The notes under the pieces: model-generated
Database searches by the model: none
Told to the model about the DNA's origin: nothing
Seen by the model: the letters and a program-made list of their open reading frames with translations, nothing else
Origin: an uncultured archaeon
GTDB taxonomy: Archaea; Asgardarchaeota; Lokiarchaeia; Sigyniarchaeales; SOKP01
DNA: 64,000 bases
Direction of reading: 5' to 3'
Assembly (NCBI GenBank): GCA_964493715.1
Contig: CAZBPC010000001.1
Span: forward strand, 76,383-140,382
Part shown: one piece after another, positions 49,943 to 58,837 of the stretch
Position numbering within the stretch: position 1 is the first letter of the stretch
How the letters are laid out: every line of letters begins with the position of its first letter
Position numbers and translations under genes: made by a program

Positions 49943-52114
49943 TTAGTCATCCAAAAACGACTGGTATTTAGAAAGAATGGCATTATTTTGATTCAAATCT
50001 TGCTCTCTTTCAAATTCAGTTTCTATGGACAAGGGTTTAGTTTCGAATGGTTCATGATTCCCTTGGTCATTTATCATGGTTACCTTCTCTTTTTTAGGTT
50101 CATAAATTGATTTCTTACTTAAGAAAGCCGTGAAACTGTTTTTCTTTAATTTAACAGGTTTTTCTACCCTCCTATAAGTTACTTCGTACTCAATTTGAGT
50201 CATCCATTCCTCAGAAAATTCCTCGCTTATGAGGATGAGGTCTTCCTTAGGAAGAACAAAGCGTTTCTCGTAATGGGGAGTCTTAAATTGAATTGTCATG
50301 TTGTTAGTTGCTTGAAAATAGCGATAGAAGACAAGTGCAATGGCCCCCAAATATATAAAAATCAACGCAAATCCTAATGATGTAAACAAGCGCACTAAAT
50401 CTCCCATTTGCATTGCCAAGAAAAGTGAAAACAAAGCTCCAAATCCTAAAAAGGGTAGGGAATAATTCTTCGCGTTTCTATAGAACGAATTTTTCATCTT
50501 AAGTTGTTTAATGAGCGCGTTTGAAGAGGAGCCTTGAGTTGTTAACAAAGTGTACTTATGCTCCAAATATTCTATTAACTCTTGTAGTTCCTCCAGTTCG
50601 ATAAAATGCATATTAGAAGAATATTGATAGGGAAATGGGATGGTTTTCTCAATGGATGAAACAGATTGATTGGTTATGAGTATCGGATCAATGATGATCT
50701 TGTATTCAACGTCTCCTGATGTTATAAAAAGTGGTTTTTGCTTAATACCTCTCTGAACAAGGATCTCCAATCCAAGGTAATTTGATAATAAAGTGAAAAG
50801 AGTCCCTTCATTTGTAAAGCTTTCAAACATTGCATCAGAAACCTTCTTGAGCTGTCTTAAGTGAGCTTCTGGAATGGAATCTGGAACATATCTTAATGAG
50901 GAAGCTTCATTTGTGCTAAGATGCTTCAGGATTCTTTTTTCAGATACCATTAGGCAATTTCGAGAGAGGAAGTATTTTATAGGCATGAGTATTATTAAAC
51001 GGGTGTTATTAGACACCGTAATGACCTTGCATCCCAAAAAGTCAATTCCCCGTCGAAATTCCCTCATATCTTGTCTATTTAAAGGTATCTCGTGAAATTG
51101 TCGATCTTTTGCTATGCTTGAAATTTTTTGATAAAATTGATTCCTCTCAAATTTAGGTGCTGTTTCTTGTGATGAATTGCGATTTATTTTTGGTATTGAT
51201 GCTCGAAAGGGTTCGGGTAATTTGATCAATGTATCTTCCATTTCAGGTTTACTTACAAGAGGTTCCATTTGCAACTTGTTCATATCAGCACCCTTCTTAT
51301 CAAAATTTACTCTTACACTAGAGCGAAAAACTTGATTTCGAAAGGGTTTTACCTCATCTTCTTCAATAAAGCAAGGTTTCTCTACTTCAAATTCTTCTTC
51401 AATTACTTTCTCTTCATTAATTTTAGGAGGTTGTTCTTCTGATTCAACATCTGATGTTAAGGAATCATCCATCTTTTCTTCATTAAGCGAATTTGAAATC
51501 ATTTCGCTCTCATTTCGTTCTTGATCTTTACTGGCATTAAACCATTCATTGAGGTTATTAATAATTACTTTACTTTTATGAGATCGTAACGTTAACCTTT
51601 CTTGAGGAAGGAGTCTTTTTGGTTCTGATGTGGAAAGGTCTTGGATATTGGGGATTGTTTCATATCCATTAGTGCATTCCTTTGCATTCGTTATTATCTT
51701 ATTTGCGGTAGCGACCCCGATTCCGGGTATGCAAGCTATTTGATCAGATGTGGCCCTTGCTATCTCTTGAATGGTATTAAACCCGTTTGATTTCAATTTC
51801 AAGGCAAAATTCGGCCCGATCCCTTTCACACTCGTGAGATCTTCACATTTTTCTTGATTTACTTGAAAATTAATTTTGGATACTTGAAGCTGATTATCAT
51901 GTAAATTCCTGGACTGAGCAAGTTGGTCCAAAACTTCCTTAAATCTTGCAGTCCATTCTGCATTTTCTTGAATTTGAGCTTCATTTAATGCATTCTCAGC
52001 AAATTTCATCGCTTGCGCGATATGATTTTCATTGACTAACTCTTGCAGATTTTCAAATAAAAATGCGAGATCCCATTTTTTATCTACTTGAAGTGTTCCA
52101 TTCACGCTAACCAT
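49943..52114 (-). CDS. Helix-hairpin-helix DNA-binding protein with a C-terminal membrane hairpin
   Basis: DLTSVKGIGPNFALKL...IPGIGVATANKII (HhH x2); acidic disordered linker; two TM helices near the C-terminus; ATG at 52114. Confidence 0.72.
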   Translation of the reverse strand: MVSVNGTLQVDKKWDLAFLFENLQELVNENHIAQAMKFAENALNEAQIQENAEWTARFKEVLDQLAQSRNLHDNQLQVSKINFQVNQEKCEDLTSVKGIGPNFALKLKSNGFNTIQEIARATSDQIACIPGIGVATANKIITNAKECTNGYETIPNIQDLSTSEPKRLLPQERLTLRSHKSKVIINNLNEWFNASKDQERNESEMISNSLNEEKMDDSLTSDVESEEQPPKINEEKVIEEEFEVEKPCFIEEDEVKPFRNQVFRSSVRVNFDKKGADMNKLQMEPLVSKPEMEDTLIKLPEPFRASIPKINRNSSQETAPKFERNQFYQKISSIAKDRQFHEIPLNRQDMREFRRGIDFLGCKVITVSNNTRLIILMPIKYFLSRNCLMVSEKRILKHLSTNEASSLRYVPDSIPEAHLRQLKKVSDAMFESFTNEGTLFTLLSNYLGLEILVQRGIKQKPLFITSGDVEYKIIIDPILITNQSVSSIEKTIPFPYQYSSNMHFIELEELQELIEYLEHKYTLLTTQGSSSNALIKQLKMKNSFYRNAKNYSLPFLGFGALFSLFLAMQMGDLVRLFTSLGFALIFIYLGAIALVFYRYFQATNNMTIQFKTPHYEKRFVLPKEDLILISEEFSEEWMTQIEYEVTYRRVEKPVKLKKNSFTAFLSKKSIYEPKKEKVTMINDQGNHEPFETKPLSIETEFEREQDLNQNNAILSKYQSFLDD

Positions 52115-52142
52115 AATTTTCAAGGATAATTAGTCACAGTCT

Positions 52143-52157
52143 TATTTAAAAAAAAAA
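52143..52157 (-). promoter_or_regulatory. T-tract plus TATA promoter (divergent)
   Basis: TTTTTTTTTTAAATA, identical 15-mer to 49534-49548 and 58765-58779. Confidence 0.6.
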
Positions 52158-52262
52158 TTGAAAAAGAAAAAAGAGGGGAAGAAACCTCCATACTTTCAAC
52201 TGCTTCTCTCTTTTTATCTAACAATTTTTCTTTATAAAATGAGGAGGATATTAACTTCTAAC

Positions 52263-54776
52263 GTGTCACTAAAAAAATATGTCAACCTCCAAGAACCTTT
52301 ATTAGACGAACCACCAGAAATACTTAATTTCATAAAAGATGAGCGACTTCAACGGGTCCTTTTAGAACACCAAATTTTTACATTACGATCCATTCAGAAA
52401 GAAGCAATCGCGAAAGGATTATTTTTTCGAAAATCTTTCTTGGTTTGCGCTCCGAGCGGGAGTGGGAAGACTCTTATAGGCGAGTTATGTGCGGTTCACG
52501 CCATTTTCAATAATTTTGGTAAATCAATATATCTAGTACCTTTTAAGGCTTTAGCATCCGAAAAATATCTCTCATTCAAGCACGATTATGAGCGTTTCGG
52601 TATTCGCGTGGAACTGTCCATAGGAGACCAAGAACCTGAAGAAAAAGCTTTGGAAGATGCTGACCTAATCATTACCACCTATGAAAAAATGGATTCTATC
52701 CTCCGGAATTTTCACGACAAGCAATGGATTTCAGACATAACAACTATAGTGATTGATGAGATACATGTTATTGACGAGTCGGATAGGGGTCCTCGCTTGG
52801 AATCACTTATCGTCAGACTCAACGAATTCTTGCATCAACCTCAAATCATAGGACTTTCTGCCACCATTGCAAACCCTGAGTTTTTCAATCAATGGCTTTC
52901 TTCACTTGGCAACAAGATGATTTTAATCAAGTCGGACGTTCGACCAGTGCCGCTTCATTATCAGATTGAAATTTCCCGCAATAAGGATTCTACACTAAAA
53001 AAAATCGTAAATGATACCTTATCTCAAAATGGTCAAGTATTGGTGTTTGTCAACAAAAGAAAGTTAACTCAAAACATTGCCCTCAATCTAAGAATGCTGG
53101 TAAAAGGTCATCTAAGTCCTGAAGAACTGAATGAATGCAAAAAAGCGGAAAGTAGCCTTTCATCGCTTCGAGGAGGCATTCTTGACTTGAGAAAGTCAAT
53201 TAAGCACGGTGTTGCATTCCATCATGCGGGCTTGCTTCACAAGGAGCGTAAAGTGGTAGAAGAAGCATTTCGAAAACACTTCCTTAAATTAATAATTTGT
53301 ACTACAACCTTGTCGGCGGGTATTAACCTTCCCGCTAGGGTTGTAGTTTTAAGAGATTTCAAGAAATATACCACTTCAGGGCATAACGTCAAGAATTTCG
53401 AAGATCTCCACGAAAATGGAGATGGCTTTTCCTATTTCAAGCCATTTTCGGCCAATGAGGTATTTCAAATGTTGGGAAGAGCTGGTCGACCAGGTTTGGA
53501 TTCAATAGGACATGGGATCATCCTTGGATGTGATGTAAATGAGAGAGAATGGATTGAAGATCACTATTTTTCTGTAGATCCAACCGAAGAAATTGTCCCT
53601 AAATATAATAATTTAGGTTCCGGGTTAAATACCATCCATACTCTCAAGGAGCAAGTTCTACTAAGAATTTACGAAGAAGAAAACATCTCGATGGAACAGT
53701 TAAAGAATTTCTTTAAGAAAACGTTCTTTTGGTTTTGTATTCAAGATAAAATGGGAGATGATGCCATCCCAATAGAGCAGTTATTAATGATCGAAGAAAT
53801 ATCTCCAAAAAACATTTTGAGATTACATTCCCAACCCGAAAAAATAAAAACCATCAGGAAGCGATCTTATCCCATAAAAATATCAAGATTCACCAAAGAG
53901 GGCATTGGGGGATATGTGAAAACCGATTACGGGGTTCATAACGTCCAATTTGATCTTGATAGAGGAATTGAATGTTCTTGTGGATTTGAGAACGGAATGT
54001 CAGATGGATATGCAACCACCAAGTTCTCATTTGAGTTTTGCGACCACGTACTTGCCTTTTTACTCTATATCTTTGAAATTCCCGACTCTAACTTTCAGAA
54101 ACACGTGGAAGATGTTATACCCCAGTGTTTAAAGACCCAATACATATTGAATTACCTTTTTGAGAAGGGATTAATAATCAAAAATGAGAATGGTACCATA
54201 AAGTGCTCGCAATTTGGAAAATTAATTATACGTTTATACTTGTATCCCGTGTCAGGTGTATTAATTCGATCCAAGTTAGAAAATTTCGAGATATCTTCCT
54301 ATCAAGATATGATAAAGAGCGCCTTTGATATTCTTCGCGCTGAAGCACGCGTTAGAGATTACCACTTGTTACAACCGCTACTCGAATGGACAGATGAGGA
54401 GCCCGTAGACAGCATCATCCAGAAGCACAATATCATGGCAGGTGACCTGTACAGCTTGAGAGATAATTTAGAGAGAATTATCACTTTCATGGGAATCATT
54501 GCCATTCACTTGGCAGATACGGGAAGTGACCTTCAAGATAATTTAATTAGAGTAGCAGAAATGGCAGAAACATTAAAGATTAGAATCCATTATGGCGTGA
54601 GGGAAGAACTATTTGATCTTGTCATGCGTTTGGATAATGTTGCTCGAGTGAGAGGGCGTATTTTATTCGATGCTGGATACCATACTTCAAATCAAGTGAA
54701 AAAGGAGATACCCTCTGTTCTTCACAGAAAAACGGGAATAAGTCTAATAATATGTAAAAAATTATCAAGACTATAA
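52263..54776 (+). CDS. Ski2/Hel308-like SF2 helicase with an inserted SWIM-type zinc finger
   Basis: APSGSGKT, VPFKALA, TYEK, DEIH, LSAT, FHHAGL, TTTLSAGINLP, QMLGRAGRPG; insert ECSCG...FCDH; start probably GTG 52263 (or ATG 52239), not 52158. Confidence 0.88.
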   Translation: MSLKKYVNLQEPLLDEPPEILNFIKDERLQRVLLEHQIFTLRSIQKEAIAKGLFFRKSFLVCAPSGSGKTLIGELCAVHAIFNNFGKSIYLVPFKALASEKYLSFKHDYERFGIRVELSIGDQEPEEKALEDADLIITTYEKMDSILRNFHDKQWISDITTIVIDEIHVIDESDRGPRLESLIVRLNEFLHQPQIIGLSATIANPEFFNQWLSSLGNKMILIKSDVRPVPLHYQIEISRNKDSTLKKIVNDTLSQNGQVLVFVNKRKLTQNIALNLRMLVKGHLSPEELNECKKAESSLSSLRGGILDLRKSIKHGVAFHHAGLLHKERKVVEEAFRKHFLKLIICTTTLSAGINLPARVVVLRDFKKYTTSGHNVKNFEDLHENGDGFSYFKPFSANEVFQMLGRAGRPGLDSIGHGIILGCDVNEREWIEDHYFSVDPTEEIVPKYNNLGSGLNTIHTLKEQVLLRIYEEENISMEQLKNFFKKTFFWFCIQDKMGDDAIPIEQLLMIEEISPKNILRLHSQPEKIKTIRKRSYPIKISRFTKEGIGGYVKTDYGVHNVQFDLDRGIECSCGFENGMSDGYATTKFSFEFCDHVLAFLLYIFEIPDSNFQKHVEDVIPQCLKTQYILNYLFEKGLIIKNENGTIKCSQFGKLIIRLYLYPVSGVLIRSKLENFEISSYQDMIKSAFDILRAEARVRDYHLLQPLLEWTDEEPVDSIIQKHNIMAGDLYSLRDNLERIITFMGIIAIHLADTGSDLQDNLIRVAEMAETLKIRIHYGVREELFDLVMRLDNVARVRGRILFDAGYHTSNQVKKEIPSVLHRKTGISLIICKKLSRL

Positions 54777-54785
54777 GGTGAGAAA

Positions 54786-55073
54786 GTGTCTTACGAAGCC
54801 GATGATGATCCCTTGTTTGCTCCTAGAAAAAAACAAATAAAAATACGGGAATTTTTAGTCATAGAGAAAGAAGAAAAAGGAAATACTAATTATATCATAA
54901 AATCATTTGGATCTTCTAAGGAAGAGGCATTGGATGCACTTTCATTTCTCAAGAACGCAATTAATTCATTTAACAAGTTATCCCCTTTACAAAAAATCGA
55001 ATTTTGTAAAAGCCAACGAACATTAATTAAATTATATCTAAAACTATTAAACCAAAAAAATAATCATTTATAA
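54786..55073 (+). CDS. Small hypothetical protein
   Basis: Follows the helicase stop by 9 nt, with GGTGA SD-like motif; no recognisable family. Confidence 0.55.
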   Translation: MSYEADDDPLFAPRKKQIKIREFLVIEKEEKGNTNYIIKSFGSSKEEALDALSFLKNAINSFNKLSPLQKIEFCKSQRTLIKLYLKLLNQKNNHL

Positions 55074-55111
55074 TTATTTAACGGATGCCTTACATGGAAT
55101 AATAGAATATT

Positions 55112-55372
55112 TTATTTTTTTTTTTTGAAAAAAGTTTGAATGAAAATATAATCACGACAGGCACTTTCAAACTCGATTCGTAATAAAGCCTTGAAAAGAG
55201 GATCCCGCTTGGATAGAGGCAAAGATCTTGAATCATCGTTACCCTTCCTAGATCTGTGGAGGAATTCAGAATGGGGGATAATGATTTTGGATAGATCCTT
55301 TTCCAGCGGGAGATCCTCTGCGTGCTCCGTATCCGATAAAATTTTTCGAAATTTTTTTCCGTGAGAACTCAT
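55112..55372 (-). CDS. Small hypothetical protein
   Basis: ATG 22 nt downstream of a TTTATATA box; no recognisable family. Confidence 0.5.
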   Translation of the reverse strand: MSSHGKKFRKILSDTEHAEDLPLEKDLSKIIIPHSEFLHRSRKGNDDSRSLPLSKRDPLFKALLRIEFESACRDYIFIQTFFKKKK

Positions 55373-55430
55373 GAATATAAATCCTAATAGATCTATATAA
55401 ATAACAAAAAAACAAAAAAAGAATTTTCAA

Positions 55431-55955
55431 TTAAGTACTTTTTAAAATATAATCTTCATTTCGGTTCATGAGATGTCCCTCTTTCAAAGCTCGCCTCATT
55501 AGGTTGGCAAATTCTGATTGAGGAATGTGTTTATTTTCTGCCATAATTTCAATGATATATTTTGGAAAAGTTTTATACATCTCAGAGAGTTCTCTTAACA
55601 TTAAGATAAACGAATTAAACATTTGCTCATCTTTATCTTCATTTTTTGATGGTAATATAGAAACATCACTCACATTACTCGAAGCAATCTTAAATCCTCC
55701 TTCTGAAACAAAATCAGGCTCTCCTTTCAGTTCTTGTCGACTAAATTCATGTTGTAAACGTTTTGTTCTATTTACCGCATTTGTCATTCCATTAACTAGC
55801 TCTGATTTATTTAAGAGGCTCTCGACTTTATGAGAATGCCCACAACGTAAACATTTTTTTGTCTTTTGCGTTGTTTTTACATAACTAAACTGGTGACATT
55901 TATGGCATGCAAATATCAGGTATGGGGTCTCATCTCGCTTCCATTCTTCTTCCAT
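55431..55955 (-). CDS. DUF1922-like zinc-ribbon protein with a C-terminal winged-helix-like segment
   Basis: YLIFACHKC...YVK..QKTKKCLRCG. Confidence 0.7.
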   Translation of the reverse strand: MEEEWKRDETPYLIFACHKCHQFSYVKTTQKTKKCLRCGHSHKVESLLNKSELVNGMTNAVNRTKRLQHEFSRQELKGEPDFVSEGGFKIASSNVSDVSILPSKNEDKDEQMFNSFILMLRELSEMYKTFPKYIIEIMAENKHIPQSEFANLMRRALKEGHLMNRNEDYILKST

Positions 55956-55960
55956 TCATT

Positions 55961-58150
55961 TCACCTCGTTTTTTTATGAGGTGTATACAAATTTTTAATA
56001 ATAAATACTAATTCTTCGGGAACATCAATTGATATGGTTCGAAACCAGTTTTGATCCCCCCATTCGGAAATCCTCTGCTTGAGCAATCGCTTTTCCCCCT
56101 CAAACTGTTCGGTGAAATCCTCGAAGTCAAATACGAATAAGACGAGTTTCCTTGCTTGTCGAAGCCGTATCAAATCCTTCTCTGATATGGACACGCTTTC
56201 TTTAATAAACGTGCGAGGATCGATAATAAATAAAGAAATTTCAGAAAAAAGATCAATTCTCCTTCCAGTTTCCTGCAAACCAAGGATGATACCTTCTTTT
56301 TGTAATTTTTTACGTAAACCAAATTTCCCCGGCACATCCTTGCTAATCAATATTTCTGGATCTGGAATTCTCAATGAGGTGCTGGATATAGGATGCTCAG
56401 GTTTCGAAGAAGAAAAATAAGATACCAAGGTTTCTTGGTTTGGAGATCGAGGTTTTGATGGTGGCAAATATTTAATTTTACTAGTCACCTTTTCAATTTT
56501 TTGTTTGAATTTTACTTCTTTCGTATCTCCCATATCATTTTCCTGATAATTAATTGGTCCTTTTTTATTAGTTTCCTCTGTAGACACCTTAAGATTATCA
56601 TTCATTTTTTGTATTTTATTGAGTGCAATTCTTAAGTAAATTTCATCATTAGTCTCCTTGGTATACAACAAGATGACCTTACCTTCTTTTTGACGAGCAG
56701 TTCGTCCCTTTCTTTGGATATACCTGATTTCTGATGCCACAATATCATAAAATACCACTATATCGCATTCAGCGATATCCAATCCTTCCTCCGCTACATT
56801 TGTAGCTACGAGAACATTAAATATGCCTTCCTTGAAGGACTTCAGAATCTCCAGTTGTCTTTTTTGACTCATTCCCTTATCTTTTTTTGACTTGGTCGCT
56901 TGCCCCACGAATCGAGTGGGCTTGATCATGGATTCTTTTTCCAAACGTGAAGTGATATTTTGGATAGAATCCCTCAATTTTACGAATACCAAGATTCTTG
57001 AATCGGGATTTTCATGTAATTGATCGATTAGTATCTTTTTTAAAACAATATATTTAGGATGGATCAAACCTTCTGGATATTCGGATTCATGATTTTTTAG
57101 TTCAAGATAAATTCGACGTATTCGGTTATCTCCTGCTAGATTCTGATTTGCCTTGCTACTGTTCTGCTTTCGGGCCTCTTTCATTAATTTTTCTAAATAC
57201 GTGAGTAGGATATCGAGTCCTTGTTGTTCGATGAGTTCTAACATGTGATATAGAATGAGTCCTTGGGCATTAACTGAAATAACACCATAGACACTCTTAT
57301 CCCCAGAGGACATCTGCTTGATTAATTCTGTATTGAGCCTTAACAGGTCTTTTCTTGTTATCTTTTTTACCAACGTTTCTCCTTTTTTTTCGATATGCCC
57401 CATTTGGGAGAGATATTGAAGTCGTTCTTCCACCAAGCGATTGATAACGATCAGAGCATCTTCCATTAATTCTGTCATATCCACTCCGATTTTAAATATA
57501 TTCATTGGTTGTAAGTAGTTTTTCACATCTTCATCCTTTCGGGTTCTCACGTGGACATTGTTTTTATCAATATGTAATAATTGACATAGTTCATTAATGC
57601 GTTCCTTGGAAGATCCCGGTGAAGCGGTAAGTGCTAATATGGTACCGTCGGGGTTTTGGTCTTGAAAGGTGTCTGCAATGAGTCCATAGGGATAATCGCC
57701 ACTTGCGTGGTGTGCTTCATCAAAGATGATAAGGCAAGTGTTTTTGAGGTCATAATGTTTTGCAACTAAATCATTTCTTAGAGTTTGAGGGGTATAAAAT
57801 AAGATCTGATGTGCTTCAAATAATTTAGGTCTTTCTTCTGATGGATTTTTCCCAGTAAGCGTAATCATAGAATCATCGGGAATTGCGAGGAATTGAGCAA
57901 ATGATTCATGATGCTGATTAATTAAAGGACGTGTAGGTGCTAGAACAATAATTTTTGAATTTCTGGGATAGGATTGGAGTGTTTCTGCTACTACCAATAG
58001 TGATATGATGGTTTTTCCCAGACCAGTAGGGATGACCACTAATGAGTTTCTATTTACACACTTTTTCGCAATTTCTACTTGGTATTCTCGAAATTGGATT
58101 TTATTTGTTTCAAGGAATCTAAAGGGACTCATTTCGGTCGCACGGGCCAT
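55961..58150 (-). CDS. Hef/FANCM/Mph1-like SF2 helicase with a degenerate C-terminal nuclease-like region
   Basis: REYQ, PTGLGKT, LAPTRPL, DEAHH, LTASPG, FVGQA, ATNVAEEGLDI, IQRKGRTAR; ATG 58150 with GGAGG SD; no ERCC4 GD...ERK motif. Confidence 0.88.
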   Translation of the reverse strand: MARATEMSPFRFLETNKIQFREYQVEIAKKCVNRNSLVVIPTGLGKTIISLLVVAETLQSYPRNSKIIVLAPTRPLINQHHESFAQFLAIPDDSMITLTGKNPSEERPKLFEAHQILFYTPQTLRNDLVAKHYDLKNTCLIIFDEAHHASGDYPYGLIADTFQDQNPDGTILALTASPGSSKERINELCQLLHIDKNNVHVRTRKDEDVKNYLQPMNIFKIGVDMTELMEDALIVINRLVEERLQYLSQMGHIEKKGETLVKKITRKDLLRLNTELIKQMSSGDKSVYGVISVNAQGLILYHMLELIEQQGLDILLTYLEKLMKEARKQNSSKANQNLAGDNRIRRIYLELKNHESEYPEGLIHPKYIVLKKILIDQLHENPDSRILVFVKLRDSIQNITSRLEKESMIKPTRFVGQATKSKKDKGMSQKRQLEILKSFKEGIFNVLVATNVAEEGLDIAECDIVVFYDIVASEIRYIQRKGRTARQKEGKVILLYTKETNDEIYLRIALNKIQKMNDNLKVSTEETNKKGPINYQENDMGDTKEVKFKQKIEKVTSKIKYLPPSKPRSPNQETLVSYFSSSKPEHPISSTSLRIPDPEILISKDVPGKFGLRKKLQKEGIILGLQETGRRIDLFSEISLFIIDPRTFIKESVSISEKDLIRLRQARKLVLFVFDFEDFTEQFEGEKRLLKQRISEWGDQNWFRTISIDVPEELVFIIKNLYTPHKKTR

Positions 58151-58154
58151 TTTA

Positions 58155-58742
58155 TTATCCTCCTTTAATGTATATTTGATAGCCATCAATGTTAACGTGG
58201 GAAGGATCACGGTTAGTTTTTTTAAACATAGCAATCTCAGTTCCTAATCTTATAGCTAAGGGTGAAGGGTATAGTAGAAAATTTTCCCCCGAGTTGAAAA
58301 AATAGGGATAGTTCTTGTATAAACGCACAATTTTCTTCGTGAGCTGAGAGTTAGCAATCTGAATATCAAAACCCTTTCCAATCTTCACTCCTTGGAAATA
58401 AAGAACCATGTCACTTAAATCATTTGCTATTTCTTGAGAGATCCATACTTCCTTCCTCTCACCATGCCAAACTTGTTCATTTCTGGGCCAGATGGTTAAA
58501 TAATTTTTGCCATTCATCCATCTTTTCTCTAGTTGATATCCCTTAAATGAATTTAAGAATAAATCTTGAAACTGTAAGATGAGTTCCATGATAGATTCTG
58601 TTTCTTCACTTGAGATGTCCCATTGAACGGCTAATTTGCTAAAATTAAACGATTTATTCGAATCTTTATCAAATTTCTTAAGATTTAAAATGAGATTCTT
58701 CAATCCTTGAAGAGTAGCCAAAAATTGTGTTCCTTTTTGCAT
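58155..58742 (-). CDS. Hypothetical protein (possible winged helix), first gene of the Hef operon
   Basis: FNFSKLAVQWDISSEETE HTH-like segment; 4 nt upstream of the Hef start. Confidence 0.6.
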   Translation of the reverse strand: MQKGTQFLATLQGLKNLILNLKKFDKDSNKSFNFSKLAVQWDISSEETESIMELILQFQDLFLNSFKGYQLEKRWMNGKNYLTIWPRNEQVWHGERKEVWISQEIANDLSDMVLYFQGVKIGKGFDIQIANSQLTKKIVRLYKNYPYFFNSGENFLLYPSPLAIRLGTEIAMFKKTNRDPSHVNIDGYQIYIKGG

Positions 58743-58764
58743 TAAAGAATATCATCGTCGAAAT

Positions 58765-58779
58765 TATTTAAAAAAAAAA
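58765..58779 (-). promoter_or_regulatory. T-tract plus TATA promoter (leaderless)
   Basis: TTTTTTTTTTAAATA, 23 nt before ATG 58742. Confidence 0.6.
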
Positions 58780-58837
58780 CTTTACTAAATAACACTTCGA
58801 AAAAGGCAATGACAATTATAAAAAAGTGAAAAAAATC

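Noticed and set aside
52158-52262. N-terminal extension of the Hel308-like ORF as called by the track
   Set aside because: It overlaps the bidirectional promoter region and encodes A/T-run-derived residues; the TATA at 52231-38 favours GTG 52263.
58151-58234. N-terminal extension of the Hef ORF as called by the track
   Set aside because: It overlaps the upstream gene; ATG 58150 has a GGAGG SD and fits operon spacing.
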